Below, piece after piece: positions 49,704 to 57,035 of a stretch of DNA of 64,000 nucleotides (the stretch's first letter is position 1; every line of letters starts with the position of its first letter). Under the pieces are notes generated by a model that was not told the origin of the DNA, searched no databases, and saw nothing but the letters and a program-made list of their open reading frames with translations. A program made the position numbers and the translations under genes. This DNA comes from a virus (taxonomy: Duplodnaviria; Caudoviricetes). The DNA is taken from positions 128,001 to 192,000 of the IMG/VR virus record IMGVR_UViG_3300037295_000263. One strand, written 5' to 3'.

Positions 49704-50288
49704 TTATAGTATATTTTCTTGAGTTAATATAGATACAACTTCTTCACTTAGCGGAATCTCTGTTTTAACATTTAAATTTAATACTTCGTCGTTTAATTTT
49801 TGTTTTTGTTTTTTAAGATTTAGTATTTCAATTCTTGCTTGATCAATTTGACTTTGAGAAAGCACTCCTGTGATAATTCCTTCAGAATGTCCAAATATTG
49901 TTCGACTTGTTTCTTTATAATTTTTCAATTTTTCAATTTGACCATGTATCATTTCAATAGGTTTCATCGGTGTAGCACCAGATAACGAATTTAGTTGAGA
50001 GATACGCTTCTCCAAAAAAGCTGCCTTTGTTAATGCAATATCGATACCAGAGCTAGAGTTAGCAGTACCAACTAGCCCACGGATGTTATATACTGCTAAT
50101 AGCAATTTTTGTCTGCGCATATCTTTAGTAAAAACTAAATCATTAGCCGATTGCAGAGTTGAAGTAACATTTTCAAATTCACTAATATCAACAACTAAAT
50201 TTAATTCAATTTTTTCTAATAGTTCTACTATATTGTGCTGCAATGCATTTGCTTGCCTCAAAGATATATTCATTATCGAATTCTCCAA
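49704..50288 (-). CDS. Coiled-coil hypothetical protein
   Basis: 194 aa. Confidence 0.7.
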   Translation of the reverse strand: MENSIMNISLRQANALQHNIVELLEKIELNLVVDISEFENVTSTLQSANDLVFTKDMRRQKLLLAVYNIRGLVGTANSSSGIDIALTKAAFLEKRISQLNSLSGATPMKPIEMIHGQIEKLKNYKETSRTIFGHSEGIITGVLSQSQIDQARIEILNLKKQKQKLNDEVLNLNVKTEIPLSEEVVSILTQENIL

Positions 50289-50506
50289 TTAGTGTTACGT
50301 GTGACTTTGTCAGCTTTAAAGTTTTTTAAATAATCTTCCCAAGTGTACCTTCCTTCTTCGATATCTCGAATAGCAGATATTACAATTCCTTCTTTTCTTG
50401 GTAAGTCTTGTTTATCAAGCTGCCTTGCTCGTTGCACAGCAGCTAGTACTAATCTAAACTGACCGCCGACTTGCTTAGCAGCTTCTTGTGAAGTATAACG
50501 AGCCAT
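50273..50506 (-). CDS. rpoZ: RNA polymerase omega subunit-like protein
   Basis: MARYTSQEA...FRLVLAAVQRARQL...AIRDIEEG matches the RpoZ pattern; AAGGA RBS. Confidence 0.75.
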   Translation of the reverse strand: MARYTSQEAAKQVGGQFRLVLAAVQRARQLDKQDLPRKEGIVISAIRDIEEGRYTWEDYLKNFKADKVTRNTNWRIR

Positions 50507-50524
50507 TTAATTTCCTTAGGTTAA

Positions 50525-50724
50525 CGAATTAGTAAAAGGTTGAGCGGTAAACTGTACAATATACATGCAGCGTACTGCAAACAGCTGACATCTAACAACT
50601 TACAATAAGGTATATTTCCGGTTAGCAAAATACAAAGTTTTAAACCGGATCATACTCAAGAAGGCAAATAAGCCAAGTTTCAAGAAAAATCTTGTTGTCT
50701 ACTCTCTTTACCCTTTACTATTCG
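50525..50724 (-). ncRNA. Candidate structured RNA of about 200 nt in the leader of the rpoZ-like operon
   Basis: About 15-bp closing stem and at least six internal helices; promoter at 50772-50800. Confidence 0.55.
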
Positions 50725-50771
50725 GACAGATATTACAGAATCTGTCAGTCTGATTAACTATAATATAAACA

Positions 50772-50800
50772 ATTATACAAGTTTTTTAACATTAAGTCAA
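50772..50800 (-). promoter_or_regulatory. Sigma70-type promoter TTGACT-17-TATAAT
   Basis: Read directly. Confidence 0.75.
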
Positions 50801-50853
50801 CTGTTGTGTAATATTTTTTCATTATAGATATATACACGATAAGGAAATTTAAT

Positions 50854-52050
50854 ATGAAAATTGCAGTCACCGGTCTCGGTGTAGTATCGTGTCTTGGTAA
50901 TTCGGTAGACGAATTATGGGATAATATTTGCCAAGGCAATACTGGCATACTGCCGTTTGAATTTGAGTCTGACGTTATTAAAACTAAAAAAGTTGGAAAG
51001 GTGAAAAATTTTATATTAAATCCAGAGTTCGATGCAAGATGGAAATCTAAAACTGACAAACATATACAATTTGCATTAAATGCTACTAAACAAGCAATTG
51101 ATCAAAGTGGATTAAATTTCGAATCCGTTGATCCGGGCAGAGTGCATACTGTAATCGGAACAACTGCAGGCGGCTACGATTTTATTATCAATAACCAAAA
51201 AAGAATCGATGCAGGAAAACCCTGCTTACCTAATTTTATTCCAGGACATATTAACAATATGATGAGTTCTTATATTAATATGCACTGGGGCATCGAAGGC
51301 AGCGGACTAGGAATCTCTGGAGCATGTGCTGCAGGAAGCCAGGCAATATCTGTTGCTGCCATGTTAATAGAAACTGGTCAAGCGGACGTTGTAGTATGCG
51401 GAGCCAGCGACAGTTGGCTATCCGAACTAACTATTAGCGGATTCGAAAGTTTAGGAGCACTTAGCTTTAATGAAGTTATGCCAAAACCGTTTGATCAATT
51501 TCGAGATGGATTTGCAATTAGTGAAGGGTCTGCCATTATAATTTTAGAAAGTATGGAACATGCGCAGTCCAGAAATGCAAATGTGTTAGCTGTGTTGTCT
51601 GGATATGGAATCAGTAACGATGCTTATCATCCTACTAGTCCTAATCCCGAAGGCCGGGCGTTTTTAAGAATGACTGACCAAGCAATGAATAGGGCAGGTA
51701 TCTCACACAACCAAGTTGATTATATAAATGCGCATGCTACTGCTACCAAAGTCGGAGATGCTGTAGAGTGTCAAAACTTATTTAAAATATTTAAAGATAA
51801 TCCGTTTATAAGCAGCACTAAAAGTATGACAGGACATAGCATCGGAAGTACTAGTGCTATAGAAGCTGTTATATCTATTCTTTCAGTAAAAAACAATATT
51901 ATTCCTGGAACTATTAATTTAACTAATATAGATCCACTCTGCCCAGGAAAACATGTTAAAGAAACTATTAGTCATTCTATAAATCATGCAGCTAGCACTA
52001 GCTTTGGTTTCGGAGGTACCAATGGAATTTTACTTTTTAGTAAAAATTAA
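50854..52050 (+). CDS. fabF: Beta-ketoacyl-ACP synthase II family
   Basis: VTGLG, GACAAG catalytic Cys, NAHATAT, KSMTGHS, SFGFGGTN. Confidence 0.92.
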   Translation: MKIAVTGLGVVSCLGNSVDELWDNICQGNTGILPFEFESDVIKTKKVGKVKNFILNPEFDARWKSKTDKHIQFALNATKQAIDQSGLNFESVDPGRVHTVIGTTAGGYDFIINNQKRIDAGKPCLPNFIPGHINNMMSSYINMHWGIEGSGLGISGACAAGSQAISVAAMLIETGQADVVVCGASDSWLSELTISGFESLGALSFNEVMPKPFDQFRDGFAISEGSAIIILESMEHAQSRNANVLAVLSGYGISNDAYHPTSPNPEGRAFLRMTDQAMNRAGISHNQVDYINAHATATKVGDAVECQNLFKIFKDNPFISSTKSMTGHSIGSTSAIEAVISILSVKNNIIPGTINLTNIDPLCPGKHVKETISHSINHAASTSFGFGGTNGILLFSKN

Positions 52051-52325
52051 TCTGCGTACTCTTGATAGGTATCAGTAGAATGATCCCAGTGTCTGCCATC
52101 GTAAAATTGAAAATGAAAGCAAAATCCCAACGCTCCGATCTCGAAATCCAATCCAGCATGACTTTGGCGTGTAGTAATATCTAGAGATAGAGATACAAGC
52201 CTGGAATCACGATATACTTCCAATTCAACGCATTTGTTTTTAAACGGAGTTGAAAAAGAAGTATGCCATAAATTACTGAACCTATCACTGTAGGGGTTTC
52301 TAATATTGAAACGAAACTGTATCAT
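52047..52325 (-). CDS. Hypothetical protein
   Basis: 92 aa. Confidence 0.7.
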   Translation of the reverse strand: MIQFRFNIRNPYSDRFSNLWHTSFSTPFKNKCVELEVYRDSRLVSLSLDITTRQSHAGLDFEIGALGFCFHFQFYDGRHWDHSTDTYQEYAD

Positions 52326-52555
52326 TCAATAGTACCAAACGGTTCTGGAGCAGTGTACCTTGCTAACTCTCCACGCAGGTCGGCTACTTGTTCTTTTAAT
52401 TCGCTAATCTGCTGTAACATTGCGTACAACACTAAGTATGTGTCTTTTGGATGTTGTTTAATCATTTGGTTAATTTCTTCTAACTCTGAATCGTAGTAAT
52501 CGTTCATAATCTCTCCAAATTCTTCTACTTCTACTTCTAAATCATACCATTCCAT
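52322..52555 (-). CDS. Acidic hypothetical protein
   Basis: 77 aa, AAGGA RBS, promoter upstream. Confidence 0.65.
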   Translation of the reverse strand: MEWYDLEVEVEEFGEIMNDYYDSELEEINQMIKQHPKDTYLVLYAMLQQISELKEQVADLRGELARYTAPEPFGTIE

Positions 52556-52578
52556 AATATGTCCTTATTTTAACTTGT

Positions 52579-52607
52579 ATTGTAACATGCACAGCAACAT
52601 TGGTCAA
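52579..52607 (-). promoter_or_regulatory. Sigma70-type promoter TTGACC-17-TACAAT
   Basis: Read directly. Confidence 0.65.
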
Positions 52608-52655
52608 CTCCATTTTAACAAGAAGAATGTTCAGCCGCAGGGTGTGAAGTTAGTA

Positions 52656-52679
52656 ACGACACTGATATATCAGTGTCGT
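52656..52679. repeat. Perfect 24-bp palindrome ACGACACTGATATATCAGTGTCGT
   Basis: Arms checked base by base. Confidence 0.9.
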
Positions 52680-52704
52680 ACATGATATTCCTAGGAATTA
52701 TTAA

Positions 52705-53787
52705 TTAAAACGCATCGAAGTAATTGCCGTACTGCGGTGCTTTTACTTTGTCTAACACCACAGTAAATCCTTCTTGATTTGTAAACACAAAATTTCCAGT
52801 CTGACTGTCAATTTTAACTAAGTCTATAGAATGAAATCTAGCGGCTAACCATTCGCGATCACCATCTTCGTCAAGTGTTTTTCCATGATAGTCGATTCGA
52901 ACAACACCTTGCAACGGATTGCCACTCCAACGTTGTGAATCTAAATCATCGCCCGACATTTCTTCACCATGGTGAATTAATTTAACATTATAATGATTGC
53001 CATCATCAAATTCTGCTTTAACGTTGAGCATGCGTAGTGCATCCTGCGGACCTTCGTTGTAGCGATTCATTTCTTCAACTACGGCTTTTAACATGTCAAA
53101 GTTAAACTGTTTAAATAAAGAAGCGATTTGACACAGCTTGTCAATATGAATTTTAAGTTGATCTTTCAAGTTGTCGTTACAGTATTCTGTGATAAACTCA
53201 GCGTCAAGACCTTTGTAATCCAGCATGTAAAACAGTCGTCCAGGGCGGTTACGCATGTGTTGGTTAACACGCCATTTGTCATTACATGTCAGCACAAACA
53301 GCTTCTGGCTAGAAAACACACCGTCTAATAGAGTTAGTGCTTTTTCTTGATCCTCGTCGTCGTACACTTTTTCAAATTCGTCAAACAGCACAACACATGG
53401 CTGTTCGATAGTCTGCATAAAAGTATTAAACTTGTCACCACACCACGGAGCATTGATTACAATGCAAGGAATACTGTGTCGATCAGCAGCCACAACTGCT
53501 AAATTCTTAGCCAATAAACTTTTTCCAGAACCTTTCTCACCAGCTAACATAACGCCTGTGCTGTTGCTACGACTCAGGAACGTGGTGAGTATACGATCTG
53601 TATTTTTATCAAGATCGCCGTACCGCTTGCCTTTGATTTCAAACGAGTCAATATGTTCAAGATACAATGGGCCGTCCATGGGTCTTTCTTTAACAACATA
53701 GTTGCCTGCTGGCAAAAGGTCGTGGATATCAACTTCTTCGTTTGAAGCTACGCTATATGTGTTGCCTGATTTGATAAAATATGACAC
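52705..53787 (-). CDS. AAA+ family ATPase
   Basis: Walker A GEKGSGKS, Walker B VLFDEFEK, RPGR arginine finger. Confidence 0.9.
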   Translation of the reverse strand: MSYFIKSGNTYSVASNEEVDIHDLLPAGNYVVKERPMDGPLYLEHIDSFEIKGKRYGDLDKNTDRILTTFLSRSNSTGVMLAGEKGSGKSLLAKNLAVVAADRHSIPCIVINAPWCGDKFNTFMQTIEQPCVVLFDEFEKVYDDEDQEKALTLLDGVFSSQKLFVLTCNDKWRVNQHMRNRPGRLFYMLDYKGLDAEFITEYCNDNLKDQLKIHIDKLCQIASLFKQFNFDMLKAVVEEMNRYNEGPQDALRMLNVKAEFDDGNHYNVKLIHHGEEMSGDDLDSQRWSGNPLQGVVRIDYHGKTLDEDGDREWLAARFHSIDLVKIDSQTGNFVFTNQEGFTVVLDKVKAPQYGNYFDAF

Positions 53788-53816
53788 GTGTGTCCTTAGT
53801 GTGTGAGTATTAGTTA

Positions 53817-53845
53817 ATTATAACAAATTTGTTGATTACTGTCAA
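53817..53845 (-). promoter_or_regulatory. Consensus sigma70 promoter TTGACA-17-TATAAT
   Basis: Read directly. Confidence 0.85.
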
Positions 53846-54462
53846 TCCTTTCGTTTAACATAATTAAGTCGAGACATGTTATTGGCTTGGTGTTTTTTAA
53901 TTTTGCCAGTAATAACAACTTTTTCATCAGCTTGATATTTTTCTTTAGTAAAAAATGTTACATAGTGACTGTCCACCCATCCGCCTACAGCATATTTTCC
54001 GTAAAATTCAACCCATTCGGATTTAGTAACATTTAAGGTGCCACCTACTTTGTCTCCGCGGTCACCACTAATAGGACTAGTGTATAATAATTCACGGTTT
54101 AAATTAATGCTAATGCGTTCTTCTCTAGCTATTTTAGGTAAACAGCTAACTATTGAAATTTCAGTAGTATCTGAACCAGTAAACTCGTTTATGTTGCACG
54201 TCTTAACAACCATTTTTTCAAACCCAGATAACGAACGTTTTAGCATAGTTAATAAATAACAATTAAAATGTTTCCTGTAATCTTGGCCTGCTTCTACTTC
54301 TTCTGGAGTAGCTTCTATATTTTCTATTAACCATTTTTTTAATAAAATCTTGTTGGCTATTTTGTCTTCTGTTTCGGTATGTATGGAGATTTTACAATAC
54401 CCATCATTAAGCGTATCGGCTCTAACAGCAAGCCCCCATACTTGATCAGCTGAATATGTCAT
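53842..54462 (-). CDS. Hypothetical protein, possible C-terminal OB fold
   Basis: Start moved to ATG 54462 (ATGA overlap). Confidence 0.7.
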   Translation of the reverse strand: MTYSADQVWGLAVRADTLNDGYCKISIHTETEDKIANKILLKKWLIENIEATPEEVEAGQDYRKHFNCYLLTMLKRSLSGFEKMVVKTCNINEFTGSDTTEISIVSCLPKIAREERISINLNRELLYTSPISGDRGDKVGGTLNVTKSEWVEFYGKYAVGGWVDSHYVTFFTKEKYQADEKVVITGKIKKHQANNMSRLNYVKRKD

Positions 54463-54626
54463 TCTGTAGTGTCCCATACAAGTTTAGCAGCAACGCAAGC
54501 CATCAAAAACAATCCAAGTATACAAATGAAAAGACTAGGAAATATATCGGCTCCGTTATCCAGAGCTCCTACACCTCCATACACCATTAATAGCCCGACA
54601 ATAAAACAAAATGTAGATAAATTCAT
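54459..54626 (-). CDS. Small two-helix membrane protein (55 aa, MNLSTFCFIVG...)
   Basis: GGAG RBS, two hydrophobic segments; not in the ORF track. Confidence 0.7.
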   Translation of the reverse strand: MNLSTFCFIVGLLMVYGGVGALDNGADIFPSLFICILGLFLMACVAAKLVWDTTE

Positions 54627-54661
54627 TTCTGCTCCTAGTGTGTATAGTTTTAGTAGTTGTC

Positions 54662-54690
54662 ATTGTAGCGCAGATATTTTCAAGTGTCAA
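54662..54690 (-). promoter_or_regulatory. Sigma70 promoter TTGACA-17-TACAAT
   Basis: Read directly. Confidence 0.8.
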
Positions 54691-54696
54691 ACGTTT

Positions 54697-54885
54697 TTAA
54701 ATATTATTATCGAGAGTACTGTCTGCCCGTTTAAGCCCTGATAAACTGCAGGCTCCTCAGTAGCTGTGCGGCCCACCACAGGCCATCTCCAAATTGAAGA
54801 CATAGGTACAAGGATCGTATTCGCTTTAGACAGTTAAGCTGTTGGTTAAACACTTTACTCCCGGACTCTCGATAATAATATTTAA
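54697..54885 (-). ncRNA. Candidate structured RNA closed by a perfect 21-bp inverted repeat
   Basis: ttaaatattattatcgagagt / actctcgataataatatttaa; several internal hairpins. Confidence 0.55.
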
Positions 54886-54917
54886 CACTGTTTACTTAGA
54901 TTCTAAGTAAACAGTGT
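54885..54917. repeat. 16-bp perfect inverted repeat with 1-nt spacer
   Basis: acactgtttacttaga-t-tctaagtaaacagtgt. Confidence 0.9.
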
Positions 54918-55039
54918 CTGCACTAACGTTACGACGTCGGCAATATTTCTCGAACTTGATATCCATATTTTTTAATAACGTGGTTAGGTTGTTGTGACGC
55001 TTTCATTATAATATTATCGTTAGTTAATGTTATGCTGTA

Positions 55040-55068
55040 ATTATACACAAGATACTACACAGTGTCAA
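55040..55068 (-). promoter_or_regulatory. Consensus sigma70 promoter TTGACA-17-TATAAT
   Basis: Read directly. Confidence 0.85.
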
Positions 55069-55080
55069 CTGTTTAAAAAT

Positions 55081-55171
55081 CGGCGGAAGGCTAGAGAGTC
55101 GAACTCTAAAGGCGCTATTAACACTCGGCTGTTTTCAAGACAGATCCCATCACCAGTTGGGTTGGCCTTCC
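55081..55171 (-). tRNA. tRNA-Ser(TGA)
   Basis: Acceptor GGAAGGC/GCCTTCC, loop CTTGAAA, long V arm, TTCGA; ends CCG rather than CCA. Confidence 0.85.
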
Positions 55172-55178
55172 TTTACTT

Positions 55179-55254
55179 TGGAGTACATGACAGGAATCGA
55201 ACCTGCATACACAGGATTTGCAATCCTGTCCCTAGCCTTTCGGGTCACATGTAC
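55179..55254 (-). tRNA. tRNA-Cys(GCA)
   Basis: Full cloverleaf, CAGGA-TTGCAAA-TCCTG, CCA. Confidence 0.93.
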
Positions 55255-55261
55255 ATTGTTT

Positions 55262-55337
55262 TGGCATCCCCGGAAGGCCTCGAACCTTCAACCTCTGGTT
55301 TTGGAGACCAGCACTCTGCCAATTGAGCTACGGAGAT
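55262..55337 (-). tRNA. tRNA-Trp(CCA)
   Basis: CTGGT-CTCCAAA-ACCAG, CCA end. Confidence 0.93.
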
Positions 55338-55343
55338 ATTGAT

Positions 55344-55400
55344 TGGTACAGCGTACGGAATTCGAACTCTCAAATACACCTTGGCAAGGTGTCAGGCGTG
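55344..55400 (-). pseudogene. Degenerate tRNA-Gly(GCC) remnant
   Basis: Perfect anticodon arm ACACC-TTGCCAA-GGTGT, TTCGAAT and CCA; T stem broken and 5' half missing. Confidence 0.6.
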
Positions 55401-55446
55401 ATAACGATTGTGGGTTTAGTATAGCTGTTCATGATATTTCCTGTAG

Positions 55447-55547
55447 GTTATATTAAAGCACACAGTGTTTTGAGGTATTTAAACTATGCCATTGGGGTTA
55501 CCAAATTCACGAGATTCCCGTCTCGATCCTATGTGCTTTAATATAAC
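55447..55547 (-). ncRNA. Inverted-repeat-bounded element A (16-bp perfect stem)
   Basis: gttatattaaagcaca / tgtgctttaatataac; begins just after promoter 55552-55580. Confidence 0.5.
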
Positions 55548-55551
55548 AATA

Positions 55552-55580
55552 ATTGTACTAGGTTAACGTTGACTTGTCAA
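55552..55580 (-). promoter_or_regulatory. Sigma70 promoter TTGACA-17-TACAAT
   Basis: Read directly. Confidence 0.8.
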
Positions 55581-55588
55581 CTATGTTG

Positions 55589-55664
55589 TGGTATCTCCAA
55601 CCGGATTTGAACCGGTGTGGTTCCCGTGAAAGGGGAAAATCCTAGGCCGCTAGATGATGGAGAT
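55589..55664 (-). tRNA. tRNA-Glu(TTC)
   Basis: TTCCC-CTTTCAC-GGGAA, CCA end. Confidence 0.93.
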
Positions 55665-55762
55665 AATTGTTGGCTCCAAATATTAGCTTGGAACCTAGTA
55701 GACATAAATTATGAAAATTAAAACAACTAGTTAATGAGTACGATAAGAAATAATACACTCTG

Positions 55763-55843
55763 CTCCGCCTCGAGGATTCGAACCTCGCCCTTTCGGATCT
55801 CCGGTTAACAGCCGGGTGCCTTCGCCTAGCCAGCCCAAGCGGA
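55763..55843 (-). tRNA. Atypical tRNA-Asn(GTT) with extended variable arm
   Basis: Loop CTGTTAA, T arm CGAGG-TTCGAAT-CCTCG, V region GATCCGAAAGGG, no CCA. Confidence 0.75.
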
Positions 55844-55939
55844 GCACAGTATACTGCATCGAAATAAACTTTACTTCTATTAATTATCTTGTTAAACAAG
55901 ATAAAACTAATTCTTACGGTTTTACACAAGACAGGATAA

Positions 55940-56158
55940 CCGAAAACTTGTCATATTTCCTTACGGACTTGTTTCTATTTAATTCCATTAATTATGTTGT
56001 TTCGTTATGGAACAGGCCCAACCCCGTTCATTTGCTTTTAACAAACTATGCTTACATACAGGATGATCAATCCAATCTCGTCATAGTTTAACTCGTGTAC
56101 CTTGATAGTCGACATCCAGTACAGTGAGAGTGCATTATGATATACGCCCAATTTTCCA
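55940..56158 (-). ncRNA. Candidate structured RNA of about 220 nt
   Basis: Helices AAACTATG/CATAGTTT, GGAT/ATCC, TTCCAT/ATGGAA, TGTAC/GTACA and a TCC-GTAA-GGA GNRA hairpin. Confidence 0.45.
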
Positions 56159-56234
56159 AAACAACATAATTAATGCAATTTATCTTTAGATGAATTAAAA
56201 AATAAAATTAAAATCTGGAATCAAAAGTACATCG

Positions 56235-56307
56235 AGCGGCGTATCGGGCTTGAACCGATGACCTCTAACTTGGAAGGATAGCGTTCTACCAACTGAACTA
56301 ACGCCGC
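56235..56307 (-). tRNA. tRNA-Gly(TCC)
   Basis: GCGGCGT/ACGCCGC, loop CTTCCAA; no CCA; flanks pair for 10 further bp. Confidence 0.9.
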
Positions 56308-56361
56308 TCGATGTACTCTGTTACCATTAAACTAATCCCGCATATTAATTACTATACACTA

Positions 56362-56390
56362 ATTATAAACTACTTGTTACTGTTTGTCAA
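56362..56390 (-). promoter_or_regulatory. Consensus sigma70 promoter TTGACA-17-TATAAT
   Basis: Read directly. Confidence 0.85.
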
Positions 56391-56424
56391 CCTATTTACT
56401 ACATAAAGATTATTTAAAATGGTA

Positions 56425-56574
56425 TCTTGTTCCCGTCCTTCGGGCCAATGTGTTGGGCTTTATTGCTCTCTACCTATTCAGCCATTCCCACCGTCGAGAG
56501 TCAGTGGGAAACATCTTAACACACCATCTGATAAAATACTAGCACTTGTAAACAAGCTCTTATCAGCAGTCAGT
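56425..56574 (-). ncRNA. Candidate kissing-loop structured RNA of about 150 nt
   Basis: CTGATAA/TTATCAG, TTCCCAC/GTGGGAA and GGCT/AGCC stems; loop CTCTC complementary to loop GAGAG. Confidence 0.55.
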
Positions 56575-56663
56575 TACCATAGTAAAACATATTGTGTGCT
56601 TGCGCCCTTACTTCCAGTTCTCTGAGTTGAGTTCTTTACGTCACAATATGTTTTACTATGGTA
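56575..56663 (-). ncRNA. Inverted-repeat-bounded element E (22-bp perfect stem)
   Basis: taccatagtaaaacatattgtg / cacaatatgttttactatggta, 45-nt interior. Confidence 0.5.
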
Positions 56664-56665
56664 TA

Positions 56666-56761
56666 TAAGTAGTGTGGGATTCGAACCCACGGACATAATA
56701 AACATGTATCAGCGAATTGACATTGTCAAAAGGCCGTCTTAATCCACTCGACCAACTACTC
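56666..56761 (-). ncRNA. Class II-type tRNA-like RNA without a canonical anticodon loop
   Basis: Acceptor GAGTAGT/ACTACTT, D arm GTC-GAGTGGATTAA-GAC, T arm GTGGG-TTCGAAT-CCCAC. Confidence 0.6.
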
Positions 56762-56766
56762 ATGTA

Positions 56767-56842
56767 CCATATTGAAACACACTACTTACGTCTTCGTGTA
56801 GAACCAAATAACACGATATTTGGCTAATGTGTTCTAATATGG
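56767..56842 (-). ncRNA. Inverted-repeat-bounded element B (76 nt) with internal pseudoknot
   Basis: 15-bp closing stem; CCAAATA/TATTTGG stem whose loop TCGTGT pairs with downstream ACACGA. Confidence 0.5.
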
Positions 56843-56858
56843 CGTGTACCATATACTA

Positions 56859-56887
56859 ATTATAAACTACTTTTTATATCTTGTCAA
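56859..56887 (-). promoter_or_regulatory. Consensus sigma70 promoter TTGACA-17-TATAAT
   Basis: Read directly; sits just upstream of element B. Confidence 0.85.
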
Positions 56888-56904
56888 CTATAATTTAATG
56901 CATT

Positions 56905-56996
56905 TGGCGGAACGGGTGAGATTCGAACTCACGGTACGTAATAAAACGTACGACAGGTTAGCAACCTGCTGCCTTAGGCCACTCAGCCACCGTTCC
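56905..56996 (-). tRNA. tRNA-Ser(GCT)
   Basis: GCAGG-TTGCTAA-CCTGT, long V arm, GCCA end. Confidence 0.95.
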
Positions 56997-57006
56997 GTAA
57001 AATATA

Positions 57007-57035
57007 ATTATACTGTATATTTTATACAATGTCAA
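57007..57035 (-). promoter_or_regulatory. Consensus sigma70 promoter TTGACA-17-TATAAT
   Basis: Read directly. Confidence 0.85.

Noticed and set aside
54469-54741. Plus-strand 90-aa ORF
   Set aside because: It is antisense to a 55-aa membrane gene with RBS and promoter on the minus strand.
54893-55005. Short minus-strand ORFs MKASQQPNHV... (25 aa) and MDIKFEKYCRRR... (24 aa)
   Set aside because: No clear RBS and no supporting motif.
55081-55171. Selenocysteine tRNA, suggested by the GGAAG...CTTCCG ends
   Set aside because: The anticodon is TGA (Ser), not TCA, and the acceptor is 7 bp.
55671-55710. tRNA 3'-end remnant (GGAGCCA with a degenerate T arm)
   Set aside because: Too degraded to support a call.
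55940-56158. tmRNA
   Set aside because: No tRNA-like domain, and the putative tag frame does not end in hydrophobic/Ala residues.
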